From Tetramitus jugosus (lineage: Eukaryota > Protista > Heterolobosea): a stretch of 64,000 nucleotides of DNA. Within the stretch, counting starts at the first letter, position 1. Every line of letters starts with the position of its first letter. The notes beneath the pieces were generated by a model. It saw nothing but the letters and a program-made list of their open reading frames with translations. It searched no databases and was not told the origin of the DNA. Location of the stretch: contig OW569349.1 in NCBI GenBank assembly GCA_937625935.1, positions 248,001-312,000 on the forward strand. The letters run 5' to 3'. Below are positions 1 through 11,240 of this stretch, piece by piece. A program made the position numbers and the translations under genes.

Positions 1-1589
1 AGTTGGCTGATACTCTGGGCGCCGATGAGGATTTGGTGAAGACTGCGGTTTCTATTTGCTGTCGATTGGGATTCGCAAAGAAAAAGATTCCAAAGCCTCA
101 GAACTTGGATGAGAGATCAGAGGATCAATTCCACAATAGTTGGCAAGACAAGATTGATGCCTATTATGAGGAGATGAAGAGCAGTGCAACCACTGGTGAC
201 TCTAATTTCCTGAGCCCTGCAGAGACTGGAAAACAGAAACGTATTGGTTTCTTGTTTGACAGTTCACTCACTGCTTATTTGATGATGGGTAATCTGGCCG
301 AGGGATTGAAGAATCATGCCGTCACTCTGTTCGAGGTTGGTAAGATGCCGGATGAGTCCATGAACGAATTTTTGTTTGAATTGGACCAGATCAAGAGTTC
401 AGGAGAAGGTGAAGGAGAGGCACAGAGATACTATGAACATGCAATCGCATTGAGATCAACCATTAGATTTTTGAGACACAATTCTCAGTTTGGGCTCAAC
501 TCTGCTGAAGAGTTCGATTGTGATGGTGGCCTCGATATGATCAGAGCTGAATCCTTGGACAACTTGGACAATGGAACAAAGATGAGAATCATTGAACAAA
601 ATTATGCTGTTTTAATTGCTATGGCTCCGATTGCACCTGGTTCCTTGACTCTCACTTCATGTATCCCTCGCTATTATGGACCACCTATCCCACAAGTATC
701 GACATTCTGGTTCAAGCTCTATACATATGTGTGTTGCCAGTATGGTCCACCCTCTATTTTGTTTAAAAAGGGCCAAAGGGTGAGAAGACTTCCAAAGCTT
801 CTTCAATCTGACTGCAAAGTGACACTCGCAGGTTGGGAACAAGAGCCAAACCAAATCAATGGTCGCATCCTCTTACAAGTGCTTAATGAATCACTGATCA
901 ACTCTCCTAACATCCTCCAGGTGTTTGGTGAATACGAGGAAAGTCAAATGTTTGAAGTACCTTTCCCATTCTCTCCAGATGTCTTCGATGTTGTAGAGAA
1001 GGAGACTAAAGAGGAACAAAACCAGAGTCCATTCTCGCTGGGAGATGACGAAGATATTGTTGATCTTGATGGAGAGGGAATATTGCAAAGTGACGCACAG
1101 GAACAAGAAGATCGTCCAGTCTCTCAGAGATTCATGGGAAGTACATTGACAGAGGAACCAGAGATTGATGTGTTTGAAACATTAACCAGCGACGAGAAAC
1201 AACAAATTGCAGAGATTATGGATCGTTTATCAAGCAAGTTGCACTTGAGTAGTTCGTTTGGTTGTGTAAAGATGCTCAGATCGAAGCCTCATGACGATCC
1301 AACCAAAACCATCATCTATCCAATGGATATTCACTTTGGAATTCCCCTATCTAACTCTAGAATCAACGACCAAGTTTGTAACATCATTGTCAAGAACGAC
1401 ATGCTAAGTGCCACCCGCATCCATGAGCACTCTGACAACATGCAAACAATGTGCTCCGAATTCTTGGAGTTTATTGCCCAACAACTCGGCTCCGAAGTCA
1501 GCGGCGTTGAACAAATGTCACATGCGATCTATCCAAACCAAAACGTGTATTTTGACGGACATGGGCTCAGTCCATATTCGAGTGTATAA
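1..1589 (+). CDS. FAM91A1: FAM91A1-family protein, C-terminal part (5' end outside window)
   Basis: ORF open from the window edge; motifs KRIGFLFDSSLTAYLMMGNLAEGLKNHAVTLFEVGK and EGEAQRYYEHAIALRSTIRFLR are characteristic of FAM91. Confidence 0.88.
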   Translation, partial: LADTLGADEDLVKTAVSICCRLGFAKKKIPKPQNLDERSEDQFHNSWQDKIDAYYEEMKSSATTGDSNFLSPAETGKQKRIGFLFDSSLTAYLMMGNLAEGLKNHAVTLFEVGKMPDESMNEFLFELDQIKSSGEGEGEAQRYYEHAIALRSTIRFLRHNSQFGLNSAEEFDCDGGLDMIRAESLDNLDNGTKMRIIEQNYAVLIAMAPIAPGSLTLTSCIPRYYGPPIPQVSTFWFKLYTYVCCQYGPPSILFKKGQRVRRLPKLLQSDCKVTLAGWEQEPNQINGRILLQVLNESLINSPNILQVFGEYEESQMFEVPFPFSPDVFDVVEKETKEEQNQSPFSLGDDEDIVDLDGEGILQSDAQEQEDRPVSQRFMGSTLTEEPEIDVFETLTSDEKQQIAEIMDRLSSKLHLSSSFGCVKMLRSKPHDDPTKTIIYPMDIHFGIPLSNSRINDQVCNIIVKNDMLSATRIHEHSDNMQTMCSEFLEFIAQQLGSEVSGVEQMSHAIYPNQNVYFDGHGLSPYSSV

Positions 1590-1785
1590 TCAATCTATTT
1601 ATCCATCAGTTTAATCATTTTTATAAATGCTGTTCCAATGCACTCTAATTGCGAATTTTATGTATCCAAAGATTCCGAACGGTTAACTCGCTTCCTCAAT
1701 GGCCAATGAGTCGTGGGATTCATATTTTCAGGCTTCCTGCAAGATTGAAATTTGGTAAACAAAATTTATCATATATTACAATTCC

Positions 1786-3726
1786 TTACTTTGGTTGTGG
1801 GGATTGAGGTTGGGCAGGGGCTGCTATTTTGGCTGCAGCGGCCGCACCGAAGTCCATTTGTTTTCTTGCCAGGCGAGCATAGTAACCATCTGGGATCTGA
1901 ATTAGTTCTCTGTGAGTACCCTTCTCCTTCATTTCTCCCTTGTGCATAACCACAATCAGGTCAGAGTTAACAATTGTGGCCAATCTGTGAGCAATGACAA
2001 TTGAAGTTCTTCCCTTCATCAGAGTGTTAAGAGCATCCTGCACAATTCCTTCTGATTGAGTGTCAAGAGCAGAAGTAGCCTCATCCAAGAGCAAGAGAGA
2101 AGGATTTTGAATCATAGCTCTAGCAATTGCAATTCTTTGCTTTTGACCACCAGATAATGACACACCTCTCTCGCCCATCATCGTATTATAGCCATCAGGT
2201 AGTTGGGAAATGAAATCGTGAGCATTTGCAGCAATGGCAGCCTTCACAATCTCTTCATCTGAGATCTTCTTGTCAGAAACGGCATACAAGATGTTTTCCT
2301 TGATGGTACCCGCAAAGAGTGTTGGTTCTTGGGTCACAATACCAATGTTTCTGTGCAACCATCTTGGATCGATATCGGCCAACTTGATACCATCCAACTC
2401 CATTTCTCCATTATCGACTTCATAGAACCTCTCCAATAGACCAACTATCGTTGATTTACCTGAACCTGAAGAACCGACCAGGGCAACAGATTGACCAGGT
2501 TTAATCTCAAGACTAAAGTCCTTCAACACTTGGACACCAGGACGAGAAGGATAGGTGAAATTAATGTTTCGGAAGGACAAGTTTCCTTCAATCTTGTTTG
2601 GTGTCACACCACCAGATGGTCTCATTCCTGGATCTCTATTGATTACCTTTAACAAGTTTCTGACGGCAGGTTCTGCCTTACTGAGATCAGGAAGCAACTG
2701 CAGAGCCATAAGAAGACCCATGACCGCCATCAATGTCAAACCAAACACCTGCATCATATCACCTGTTGTCAATTCTCCTTGGAGACTCAGTCTACCTCCG
2801 TACCAGAATCCAAGAGCAATGTCACCCCATAGGAAGAAATTTACGAGACCAATAGATACTCCCAACCCAGTGGCTTTGAAGAGGAACCAAGGCTCAGCGG
2901 ATCTCAACTTTCGCAAATATCTTTCCTTTTCCTTTTCTTCACCATCCATGGATCTTACTGTTCTCATTGCAGAAATTACTTCATTGGCAATGGCTGCAGC
3001 AGCTGATACTCGTGTCGTGATGGCACCAGTGAATACTCGAGTAAGAGCACCTACACCCATCAAGAAGACAACTAATAGAGGGCTGATGGAAATCATGACC
3101 AAAGCCATCTTCCAACCTGAAATAATAGCGAAAATAATACCTAAGATACCTTGAACGAGAAACTTTCCAATTTCTCCCAACTTTGTTGTATAAGCATCCT
3201 GAATCACCTCGGTATCAGCCATTTCAGACACTAGTTGACCAGTTCTCTTGATATCAAAGTAACCAACCTCCTGATCCAACAAGGAATCAAAGTAGGCAAC
3301 CTTTAACTTGTTTCCGAATCTATCATGAGCCAAGTTCATCGCACCCTGTTGCAAAAAGCCTCCAAGGAACGAACATGCAGCAACGATGGCCAAATACATT
3401 GCTGATCGGTTCACAAGTGATTGGAAGGAGGCTAAAGTACGGATAGAAGAAGCTGCATTAACAATCTTGCTGGTTGTAGCTGCTGTTGAAGGCGTGAGAC
3501 CATCAATCAAATTTCCTAAAACTAGGTAGAGTACAATTGGAGTTGCACCAGTGATGGCACCACCGAACAAACCCGCTAAAATCAAAAAGAAATCGAGGCC
3601 CATGTACCTCAGAATTACGAAAGGGGTCTTAATGACAGGTTCTCTTGGATCATCCAACACTTCTTCTTCCATATCATTGACATGCTTATTCTTTCTTTCT
3701 TTCCTACTTAATCGTCTCTTTGTCAT
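1786..3726 (-). CDS. ABC transporter, ABCB half-transporter (TMD-NBD)
   Basis: Six-helix TMD; Walker A GSSGSGKST, Q-loop VTQEP, signature LSGGQKQR, Walker B LLLLDEATSALD, H-loop IAHRL. Confidence 0.95.
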   Translation of the reverse strand: MTKRRLSRKERKNKHVNDMEEEVLDDPREPVIKTPFVILRYMGLDFFLILAGLFGGAITGATPIVLYLVLGNLIDGLTPSTAATTSKIVNAASSIRTLASFQSLVNRSAMYLAIVAACSFLGGFLQQGAMNLAHDRFGNKLKVAYFDSLLDQEVGYFDIKRTGQLVSEMADTEVIQDAYTTKLGEIGKFLVQGILGIIFAIISGWKMALVMISISPLLVVFLMGVGALTRVFTGAITTRVSAAAAIANEVISAMRTVRSMDGEEKEKERYLRKLRSAEPWFLFKATGLGVSIGLVNFFLWGDIALGFWYGGRLSLQGELTTGDMMQVFGLTLMAVMGLLMALQLLPDLSKAEPAVRNLLKVINRDPGMRPSGGVTPNKIEGNLSFRNINFTYPSRPGVQVLKDFSLEIKPGQSVALVGSSGSGKSTIVGLLERFYEVDNGEMELDGIKLADIDPRWLHRNIGIVTQEPTLFAGTIKENILYAVSDKKISDEEIVKAAIAANAHDFISQLPDGYNTMMGERGVSLSGGQKQRIAIARAMIQNPSLLLLDEATSALDTQSEGIVQDALNTLMKGRTSIVIAHRLATIVNSDLIVVMHKGEMKEKGTHRELIQIPDGYYARLARKQMDFGAAAAAKIAAPAQPQSPQPK

Positions 3727-4005
3727 ACTTTACTTCTTGAAATAGTTATTTCTTGTTATTTAACTGCTTGTTGTTTTAGAAAATGAAAAGCCAAAGAAAT
3801 CTGATCAGAGACCCTTTAAAACTACCACGGCTTTATACAAATGCCACTAAGTCGTGGTTGGCATTTTGGCTCGGGCCCGAAACTACGGCACTCGGACTAT
3901 TGAACTTTAACGGATTCTGCGAACTTGGATTGCAAAAATGCCATATTTCGCAAGAAGATTGTTGGTTGAAGATTCAAGCCGGGCTTTAGACAATAAATTT
4001 AGAAT

Positions 4006-4950
4006 TTATTCTCCCTTGTACTGTGGCTTTCTCTTCTCCTTGAATGCCAACAGTCCTTCCAATCGGTCCTTTGTTGGAATCACCTGAGCATAACACTGTT
4101 GCTCCAAAAGCATACCAGTTCTTCTGTCCATTTGCATACCTTCCTGAATGGCCACCTTGGCAACCTTTACGGCCACGGGTCCATTAGGAACAATTTGTCG
4201 CGCAATCGACAAGCACACATCAAGTGCCTTACCCTCCTCTGCACACTCATTCACCAATCCAATCTCCAATGCTTGCTTTCCATTCAATCTCTGTGCCGTA
4301 AAAATCAACTGCTTTGCCTTGGGCATACCAACAACGCGCGGCAATCTCTGTGTGCCACCTGCACCAGGAATAATGGCCAAGGATGTCTCCGACAGACACA
4401 GCACAGTCTTTGCTCCCTCATCTGCCACTCTCATATCACAAGCCAATGCCAATTCTAGTCCTCCACCAAATGCAACACCCGATACGCATGCAATCGTAGG
4501 TACAGGCAAGTCTTCCAACTGAGAGAACGTGCTTCGCAAGTCATACACGAACGCTTCAGTCTCCTTTTGTGTCATGGTTGCACGTTCCTTGAGATCCGCT
4601 CCGGCACAAAATACTCCGTCGACATTGCTGTTTACAATGACAACTCGAACGTTCTTGGACTGTTCGGAGAATCTTACACTATGGAGATTTTGTTTGAGTT
4701 GGGAGAGTAAGGTACGACCGAGAGCGTTTCTGAAGCGACCTCTGTTGAGTGAGATGAGTGCAATCTGATCATTGTCCATGTACTGCAATGTACATTCTTC
4801 ACTTGTGTTCATGTCTTGTTGTTGTTGTTGTTGTTGGTTCATGTGAGAAGTGGTGTGAAGGAAAGATTGAGTGTTGTTGTTGATGGTGATGATGGATCGG
4901 TGGTGAAGAGTGTGAGTGCGCAGCGGTGCTCTTGCTAGGTGACGCAACAT
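4006..4950 (-). CDS. AUH: Methylglutaconyl-CoA hydratase (crotonase family), mitochondrial
   Basis: Arg-rich presequence; FCAGADLKER, AFGGGLELALACDMR, ETSLAIIPGAGGTQRLPR, and C-terminal KDRLEGLLAFKEKRKPQYKGE typical of AUH. Confidence 0.9.
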   Translation of the reverse strand: MLRHLARAPLRTHTLHHRSIITINNNTQSFLHTTSHMNQQQQQQQDMNTSEECTLQYMDNDQIALISLNRGRFRNALGRTLLSQLKQNLHSVRFSEQSKNVRVVIVNSNVDGVFCAGADLKERATMTQKETEAFVYDLRSTFSQLEDLPVPTIACVSGVAFGGGLELALACDMRVADEGAKTVLCLSETSLAIIPGAGGTQRLPRVVGMPKAKQLIFTAQRLNGKQALEIGLVNECAEEGKALDVCLSIARQIVPNGPVAVKVAKVAIQEGMQMDRRTGMLLEQQCYAQVIPTKDRLEGLLAFKEKRKPQYKGE

Positions 4951-5124
4951 TGTTGATCGCTTTGAAAAAATGTTTGTTTGGTTGTGTTTGTTGGTGGAGG
5001 AGATTTTTCAGCGTGATCTTCCGATGCCAAAAATAAATGGGACGAAAAAAAAAAGTTCAAACACGACACTTGCTTTGTGAATGCAAAAAGAACAACGAAC
5101 ATACATAACCCAGGACCCCCCTAA

Positions 5125-6822
5125 ATGACTGAAACTATTCCCATTTCTGACACAACAAACATTAACGATCCACATGTGGATGTAACACTGACTCGATCTG
5201 ACCAAAAGAAGAAGCAGCAAGATGATAAAAACGAAAAAGAAGAACAAGCAGAAGAACCAGTTGTTGTCATGCATCATCACGATGTCACATTGACGGATAG
5301 TGATGAATCATTCACCACATCAACAACAGATCATCAACAACATGCTACTTTTGAAGAAATTACCATTGACGATGCACTCAACAAGCATGCTCAGTTTGGA
5401 AGATTCCAATATCTGTTGCTTCAGATATGTGGTAGTGGATGGGCGTATGATGGTGTTGAAATGGCAGTTGTGCCCTTTATTTTGCCACATGTGACACTCG
5501 AGTGGAAACTCGATGCCTATTATCGTGGTTTGTTGAGTTGTGTCGTGTTTCTGGGCATGTTCTTTGGTGCGTCGATTAATGGAATGGTGAGTGACAAGTG
5601 GGGCAGAAAAATCGTCATGCTATATGCCATGTTGATTACAAGTGTGTTTGGAATGTTGAGTTCAATGGTGCGCGGGTACTGGATGTTTCTGTTGTTGCGC
5701 ATGTGTGTGGGATTTGGATTGGGTGGTATTGTGCCGACAGATTATAGCATGTTGATGGAGTTTGTGACAATGGAGCGACGAGGACCGTTTGTGGGATTGA
5801 TTAATGTGTATTATATATTGGGTGCAATGATTGAGTGTGTGTTAGCGTGGATCGTATTGACGTTCGCGAGTTGGCGTTGGTTGGTATTTGTTTCAGCCGC
5901 AACGGGGCTTGTTGCCTTCTGCACGAGACTGTTTGTGCCAGAATCTCCTCGATACCTATTAGTGAATAAGATGGAGGACGAAGCATTGAAATCTGTGCAG
6001 ACAGTGGCGCTATGGAACGGTGTTGATGTGAAATCTAATCCTCTATTCCGGCCCAATGTTAAACTGACCCAGAGCTCCCATAAACAGAGTGGATATTCAT
6101 TGCAAGTGAGTATATTTAAGCAGCTGAGGATGGTGTTTTCGACTCAGTACAAGTTTACTAGCGTGCTTTTGCTGTTCATCTGGTTCTTCTTGAGTTATGG
6201 AAGCTGGGGATTTATGATACTCATACCGCAACGGTTCAACAGTGCATCCTCATTCATTACCTATGTATATCCATTGATCACGTATTCTGTTGCTGTTGTA
6301 GGCTATCTTCTATCGAGCTTCTTCATGGATCGAGTGCCGAGGAAAACTATGGGTATTGTGGCGTTTGTACTCAGTGCAATTTCGGTCATGTTAATGGGTG
6401 TGATGGACAAACATCCGTTGCTGCTATTGGTACAGAGCATGATTGTGAACTTTGTGATGACATTTGCATGGAGTGTGATGAACATTTACACACCTGAGTT
6501 GTATCCTACCCGGTGCCGAGCGACAGGCCTCGGGATTTGCAACTCGGCTACGAGAATCGGAGGAGTTGTGACTCTACTATTCAGCCAAATTATGATTGCC
6601 GAATTTGGTGCATTCCTGCCCTATTTAACTTTTGGTGCTGCAATGTTGCTTGGAGGTGTTTTCATCGCGTACTTGCCCCTTGACACTCTCGGAATCGATC
6701 TGCAAGATGATATTTATGCTTTCGATCTGGGTGCGAGAGGAATACAAAACATGGTGTATCAACCAATAGCATCAGATGAAGATCATGTACGAAATGAACG
6801 GATAAATGACTTCTTGTTGTAA
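5125..6822 (+). CDS. MFS transporter, SV2/SVOP-like
   Basis: FGRFQY, motif A SDKWGRK, PESPRYL, YTPELYPTRCRATGLG; about 12 hydrophobic segments. Confidence 0.9.
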   Translation: MTETIPISDTTNINDPHVDVTLTRSDQKKKQQDDKNEKEEQAEEPVVVMHHHDVTLTDSDESFTTSTTDHQQHATFEEITIDDALNKHAQFGRFQYLLLQICGSGWAYDGVEMAVVPFILPHVTLEWKLDAYYRGLLSCVVFLGMFFGASINGMVSDKWGRKIVMLYAMLITSVFGMLSSMVRGYWMFLLLRMCVGFGLGGIVPTDYSMLMEFVTMERRGPFVGLINVYYILGAMIECVLAWIVLTFASWRWLVFVSAATGLVAFCTRLFVPESPRYLLVNKMEDEALKSVQTVALWNGVDVKSNPLFRPNVKLTQSSHKQSGYSLQVSIFKQLRMVFSTQYKFTSVLLLFIWFFLSYGSWGFMILIPQRFNSASSFITYVYPLITYSVAVVGYLLSSFFMDRVPRKTMGIVAFVLSAISVMLMGVMDKHPLLLLVQSMIVNFVMTFAWSVMNIYTPELYPTRCRATGLGICNSATRIGGVVTLLFSQIMIAEFGAFLPYLTFGAAMLLGGVFIAYLPLDTLGIDLQDDIYAFDLGARGIQNMVYQPIASDEDHVRNERINDFLL

Positions 6823-6876
6823 TGACAGGAATCTGCAGAATCGGTGGTATGAAGTTGAAGCCCTAGTATCAAGCTT

Positions 6877-8488
6877 TTATTCTCCGAATATGATGTCACA
6901 GTCTGTGAGCATGTTTCGCTTCTGCAATCCCAAGAGTGTTTTCTTGAAGATGTGACTCAAGTCAGACTTCTCTCTGATTCCTGTCTCAATGATCACAAAA
7001 TCATTGTCACTGTGCAAGTGCTCTCCACCACCCATGACCAACAATCTTCCATCTCCAACATGAACTGTCGTGTGTCCAGATCGATCAAACGAATGCAAGC
7101 ATGTACATTCAACTTCGTACCAAACTCTTGGCTCGAATGAATAAGCATAAACAGATGACTTGCATTCATCACTGACTCGGCTTTTTCCTGCAAAGACAAT
7201 CATGTAATCACCCACCACAGTTGCGGTGTGTTCCGATATTCCATCAGGGAGATAATCTGGCATAAGATATCGTTCCTCCCATAGTTCTATTCGAGAGAGA
7301 GAAGAAAGTTAATACAGACTCATTTCACAAGCAGTAAATGACAATAGTGTAAAGCTACATACGTGTCCTAGTGTTGAACTGATAAATGTACTCCTCATCA
7401 GCTTCATTGCTACTGTATCCACCCAATACATGAATCTTTCCCTTGTGAAATACAGCCGAATGATAGTATGTGGGAGGAAGAATCACCTCATCATCTTCAT
7501 AGTCATCTGGAGAAATAATCACCTCTTCAAACTCCATCGTGTATGGATTCAACACATAAATATCATTCCGAAGCAATGACTCTCCCGTAGTTGCATCCTC
7601 TCCATACCCTCCCATAATATAGATTCGATAACACTCTTTGTCAGTGTAATCCAGTTTGACAACTGTCATCGAGTGTCCTTCTCGAGGTGATGGAATCTTT
7701 CCTTTCAGCTCAGGCTTTGACCATGTGTTTGTTCTCGTATTGTACACCCACAGCTCATTGTTGAACTCATCGCCATGACTGCTCGACCCACCAAACAAGT
7801 ACACAAGATGACCGATGCTCACCATTCGATGACCTGCCAGAATCTTTAATTCATCAGCATTCTTTGCATCATTCACACCAGAGATGTAATAATCAGCCAC
7901 CGAATTCTCAACCGCAAAGCTATCATCACTCGCATCATCATTCTCATCATCACGGCTGATACCACCAGCACCCACCAAATTCGGACTCCAAATCTTCTTG
8001 AAACTATTTGTGAATTCACTACTGTTTGGCAATTGTCCACCATACAAATAGACACAAGGAGACTTCTTGGCACTGCGTATGGACAACTCAACAATATCAA
8101 TATCCTCTTCTTCACTTTCATCATAACCGACAGCAACAGCATTGGCCCACACTCTACCAAACGATTCATGAAAATCCTCATCATACTCCTTCTCCTCCTC
8201 GTCCTCTTCCTCATCATTGTCTTCATGGACTTGCATTGTCGCAGGATCGCAGTGCTTTATGCAAGCAGATCGAACAATGGCTTGAGAAATGAACTCGTCG
8301 CCAGAAGTATTGAGCAATGAGGGCTTCCAGAGAGCAGAATGATTCACTGGCTCCATACTGATCCAATCATTGGACGATCGTTCAAAGAATTGGATCATGG
8401 GTTGGTTTGTGATTGGATCAAATGTTAAACGAACATTTGTGAGTCCCCTTTCTTCGTCTTGGCCTGCAAAGTATTTGAACTTGGTCAT
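6877..8488 (-). CDS. Kelch-repeat protein, paralog A; exons 8488-7363 and 7286-6877
   Basis: Kelch blades (GHRMVSIGHLVYLFGG, PSPREGHSM..YIMGG, YHSAV..VLGG, RSGHTTV..VMGG). GTATGT...TAG intron 7362-7287 (76 nt) joins the two ORFs in frame (FNTRT-Q-LWEERYLMPDY). Confidence 0.85.
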
Positions 8489-8876
8489 TTGCTTCTCTTG
8501 TTTTTTTCAAATGTTTGGTGTTCGTCAAGTTCGGTTTTTTGAAGTGCAAAAGCTTTGTAAAGATAATAGTCGGGTGGAAAGTCAAGTAAAAGAAAAACGA
8601 TCTTTAGGTGCTAATTATCTCACAATCTGTGAGTATGTTTGCCGCCGCTAATCCTGAGAGTGTTTTCTTGAAGATGTGACTCAAGTCAGACTTCTCTCTG
8701 ATTCCTGTCTCAATGATCACAAAATCGTTACCGCTGTGCAACTGCACTCCGCCACCCATGACCAACAATCTTCCATCTCCAACATGAACTGTCGTGTGTC
8801 CAGATCGATCAAACGAATGCAAACATGTACATTCAACTTCGTACCAAACTCTTGGCTCGAATGAATAAGCATAAAC
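6934..8876. repeat. Near-identical direct repeat blocks between Kelch paralogs (about 6934-7152 vs 8658-8876; further blocks about 7474-7755 vs 9194-9476)
   Basis: Runs of 60-125 nt with 0-1 mismatches are visible by direct comparison. Confidence 0.9.
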
Positions 8877-10121
8877 GGATGAGTCTCTCTGTGTATTCAC
8901 TCTGTCCTTGCCTGCGAAGACAAACATGAAGTCACCCACCACAGTTGCAGTGTGTTCTACGATACCATGAGGCAGATAATCATCTGAAATGTAAACAGGT
9001 TTCTCCCAACGTTCTATCAGCCATGAAAGAGCAGTATTAATTACAGTCAATTCATTAATGTCAACAATTCAGAACTACATACTCGTATCAATGTCAAAAA
9101 TATAAATGTACTCGTCATCAACCCTTCCGCCATTGTAGCCACCCAATACGTAGATCCTTCCCTTGTGAAACACAGCAGAATGATGGTGTGTGAGAGGAAG
9201 AATCACCTCATCATCTTCATAGTCATCTGGAGAAATAATCACCTCTTCAAACTCTATTGTGTATGGATTAAACACATAAATATCACTTCGGGACAGTGAT
9301 GCTCCTGTATTTACATCCTCAGCAGATCCTCCCATAATATAGACTCGATAACACTCTTTGTCAGTGTAATCCAGTTTGACAACTGTCATCGAGTGTCCTT
9401 CTCGAGGTGATGGAACCTTTCCTTTCAGCTCAGGTTTTGACCATGTGTTTGTTCTCGTATTGTACACCCACAGTTCATTGGTTTGAGTTCCAACCCCATG
9501 ACCACTCGACCCACCAAACAAGTACACAAGATGACCAATGCTCACCATTCGATGACCTGCCAGAATCTTTAACTCATCAGCATTCTTTGCGTCATTCATT
9601 CCAGAAACATAATAATCGGCAACCTCGTTCTCAACTGCATCGCTATCACCAGCGATCAGATTCGAACTAAAGATTTTCTTGAAACTGCTCGTGAACTCTC
9701 TGTTGTTACTTGTCAATTGTCCACCATACAAATAGATACTTTGAGATCTCTTGGAACTGCGTGACGATAATTCAACAACGTCAATATCTTCTTCCTCACT
9801 ATCACAACAACCGACAGCAACAGCATATGCCCACGTCCTACCAAACGATTCATAAAAACTATAGTCAATCTGCTCCTCAAAGTCATGAGCTTGTCCAGTG
9901 ACGCAGGGTTTCACACGAGCAGCTCGAAGGATGACTCTTGAGATTTGTTCTGGGCGAGACACATTGAGTAAGGATCGTTTCCAGAGAGGATCATCCATCG
10001 AGATCCAACTTTTGGATGATTGCTCAAAGCATTGGACGACTGTTTCATTTGTGCCAGGATCGAACTGAAAGCGAAGATTTGGTGAATGTGACGAAATGTC
10101 CTCGTGTGAAATAGACAGCAT
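8604..10121 (-). CDS. Kelch-repeat protein, paralog B; exons 10121-9083 and 9013-8604
   Basis: Same domain layout as paralog A; GTATGT...TAG intron 9082-9014 (69 nt) at the equivalent position (FDIDT-K-RWEKPV). Confidence 0.85.
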
Positions 10122-10457
10122 TTTGTTGTTGCAACTTCTGTTTTTGTGTGAACTCCTTATCTCCGTTTGCCGTTTCGGTTTTTACAGGTATCTCGGAAAC
10201 CCAAGAGATATTGCGATAGAAAATATGTCCCTTCAGTCACACCAAACGAGCTCTCTTGTTGTAACTGTTCACTTTGCTTTTCCAACTCGGTGTAACTGGT
10301 AACAAAACCCTTCAATAATTTGGAGATGATTTGCTCGTCGAATGCCATCAGTGAAACTCTAACGACCAGGGGGTCAAGAAAGTTGGAGTTCACGAGGATT
10401 ACATCACCCATCATCACACTCATAAAAAGGATGAAACAACAATTTTGATGAGCTTCT

Positions 10458-11240
10458 TTATTCGTCTGCAGTCTTGGCTCCTTCGACAGCCGTGTTCTCT
10501 TGAGACGTCTCTTCACTCTTTTCCTCTTTGTCATTCTCCTCTTGTTCTGCACTCTCATTCGCTTCTTCCTCTTCTTTACCTTCCTCTACGTCGCTCTCTT
10601 GTGCGCCAGATATTCCCAGATCCTCGAAAATGGTCTCGACATGCGTTTTTGGGTTCACTTTGGACAAGTACAGCTTTTCAATCACACCATTCTCATCAAT
10701 AACAACCGTAGCTCTCTTTGCACCCTTTCCACGTGTAGATTTCATCCCATAGCTATTAATCACTGTCATATCACTATCACTCAGCAAATGATAAGGGATT
10801 TGCTTCTTCGTTGTTACGCCTAGATGACTCTTCTCACTGTCCATACTCACTCCCAACACCTCTACATTGTTATTCTTAAATGTATTGTAATGATCTCTAA
10901 ACGAGAGGCACTCTGTCGTGCAACCAGGTGTATTGTCCTTTGGATAAAAGAACAGTACTAATTTTTTGCCGCGAAAATCAACCAGCGAGTGTAATTTTCC
11001 GTTCTCGTCGGGAATCTTTTCAAAAATAGGCGCTGAAGAACCGACTTTGAGCTCTACTGTACTCGCAGTGACAGTCTTTGTGGTTTGAGTCTTCTTCTGT
11101 GTTTGTGATGAAGTTTTAGCCTTCTTATGTGGTCGCTTTGTGCCATAGTCTTCATCCGCACTATCATCAGATTTCGGTTGTCTCTTTCGTAAATTGTAAG
11201 TCGATGTACTCTTGCTGGCTGATCTTCTCGTTGTTGGCAT
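10458..11240 (-). CDS. Peroxiredoxin Q/BCP family (Dot5-like), basic N-terminal and acidic C-terminal extensions
   Basis: LVLFFYPKDNTPGCTTECLSFRD peroxidatic motif, VLGVSMD, LLSD, RATVVIDENGVI. Confidence 0.9.
   Translation of the reverse strand: MPTTRRSASKSTSTYNLRKRQPKSDDSADEDYGTKRPHKKAKTSSQTQKKTQTTKTVTASTVELKVGSSAPIFEKIPDENGKLHSLVDFRGKKLVLFFYPKDNTPGCTTECLSFRDHYNTFKNNNVEVLGVSMDSEKSHLGVTTKKQIPYHLLSDSDMTVINSYGMKSTRGKGAKRATVVIDENGVIEKLYLSKVNPKTHVETIFEDLGISGAQESDVEEGKEEEEANESAEQEENDKEEKSEETSQENTAVEGAKTADE

Noticed and set aside
10157-10425. Small minus-strand ORF between PrxQ and Kelch B (faint TAF10-like LDPLVVR)
   Set aside because: Similarity is too weak and there is no promoter space; cannot be supported.
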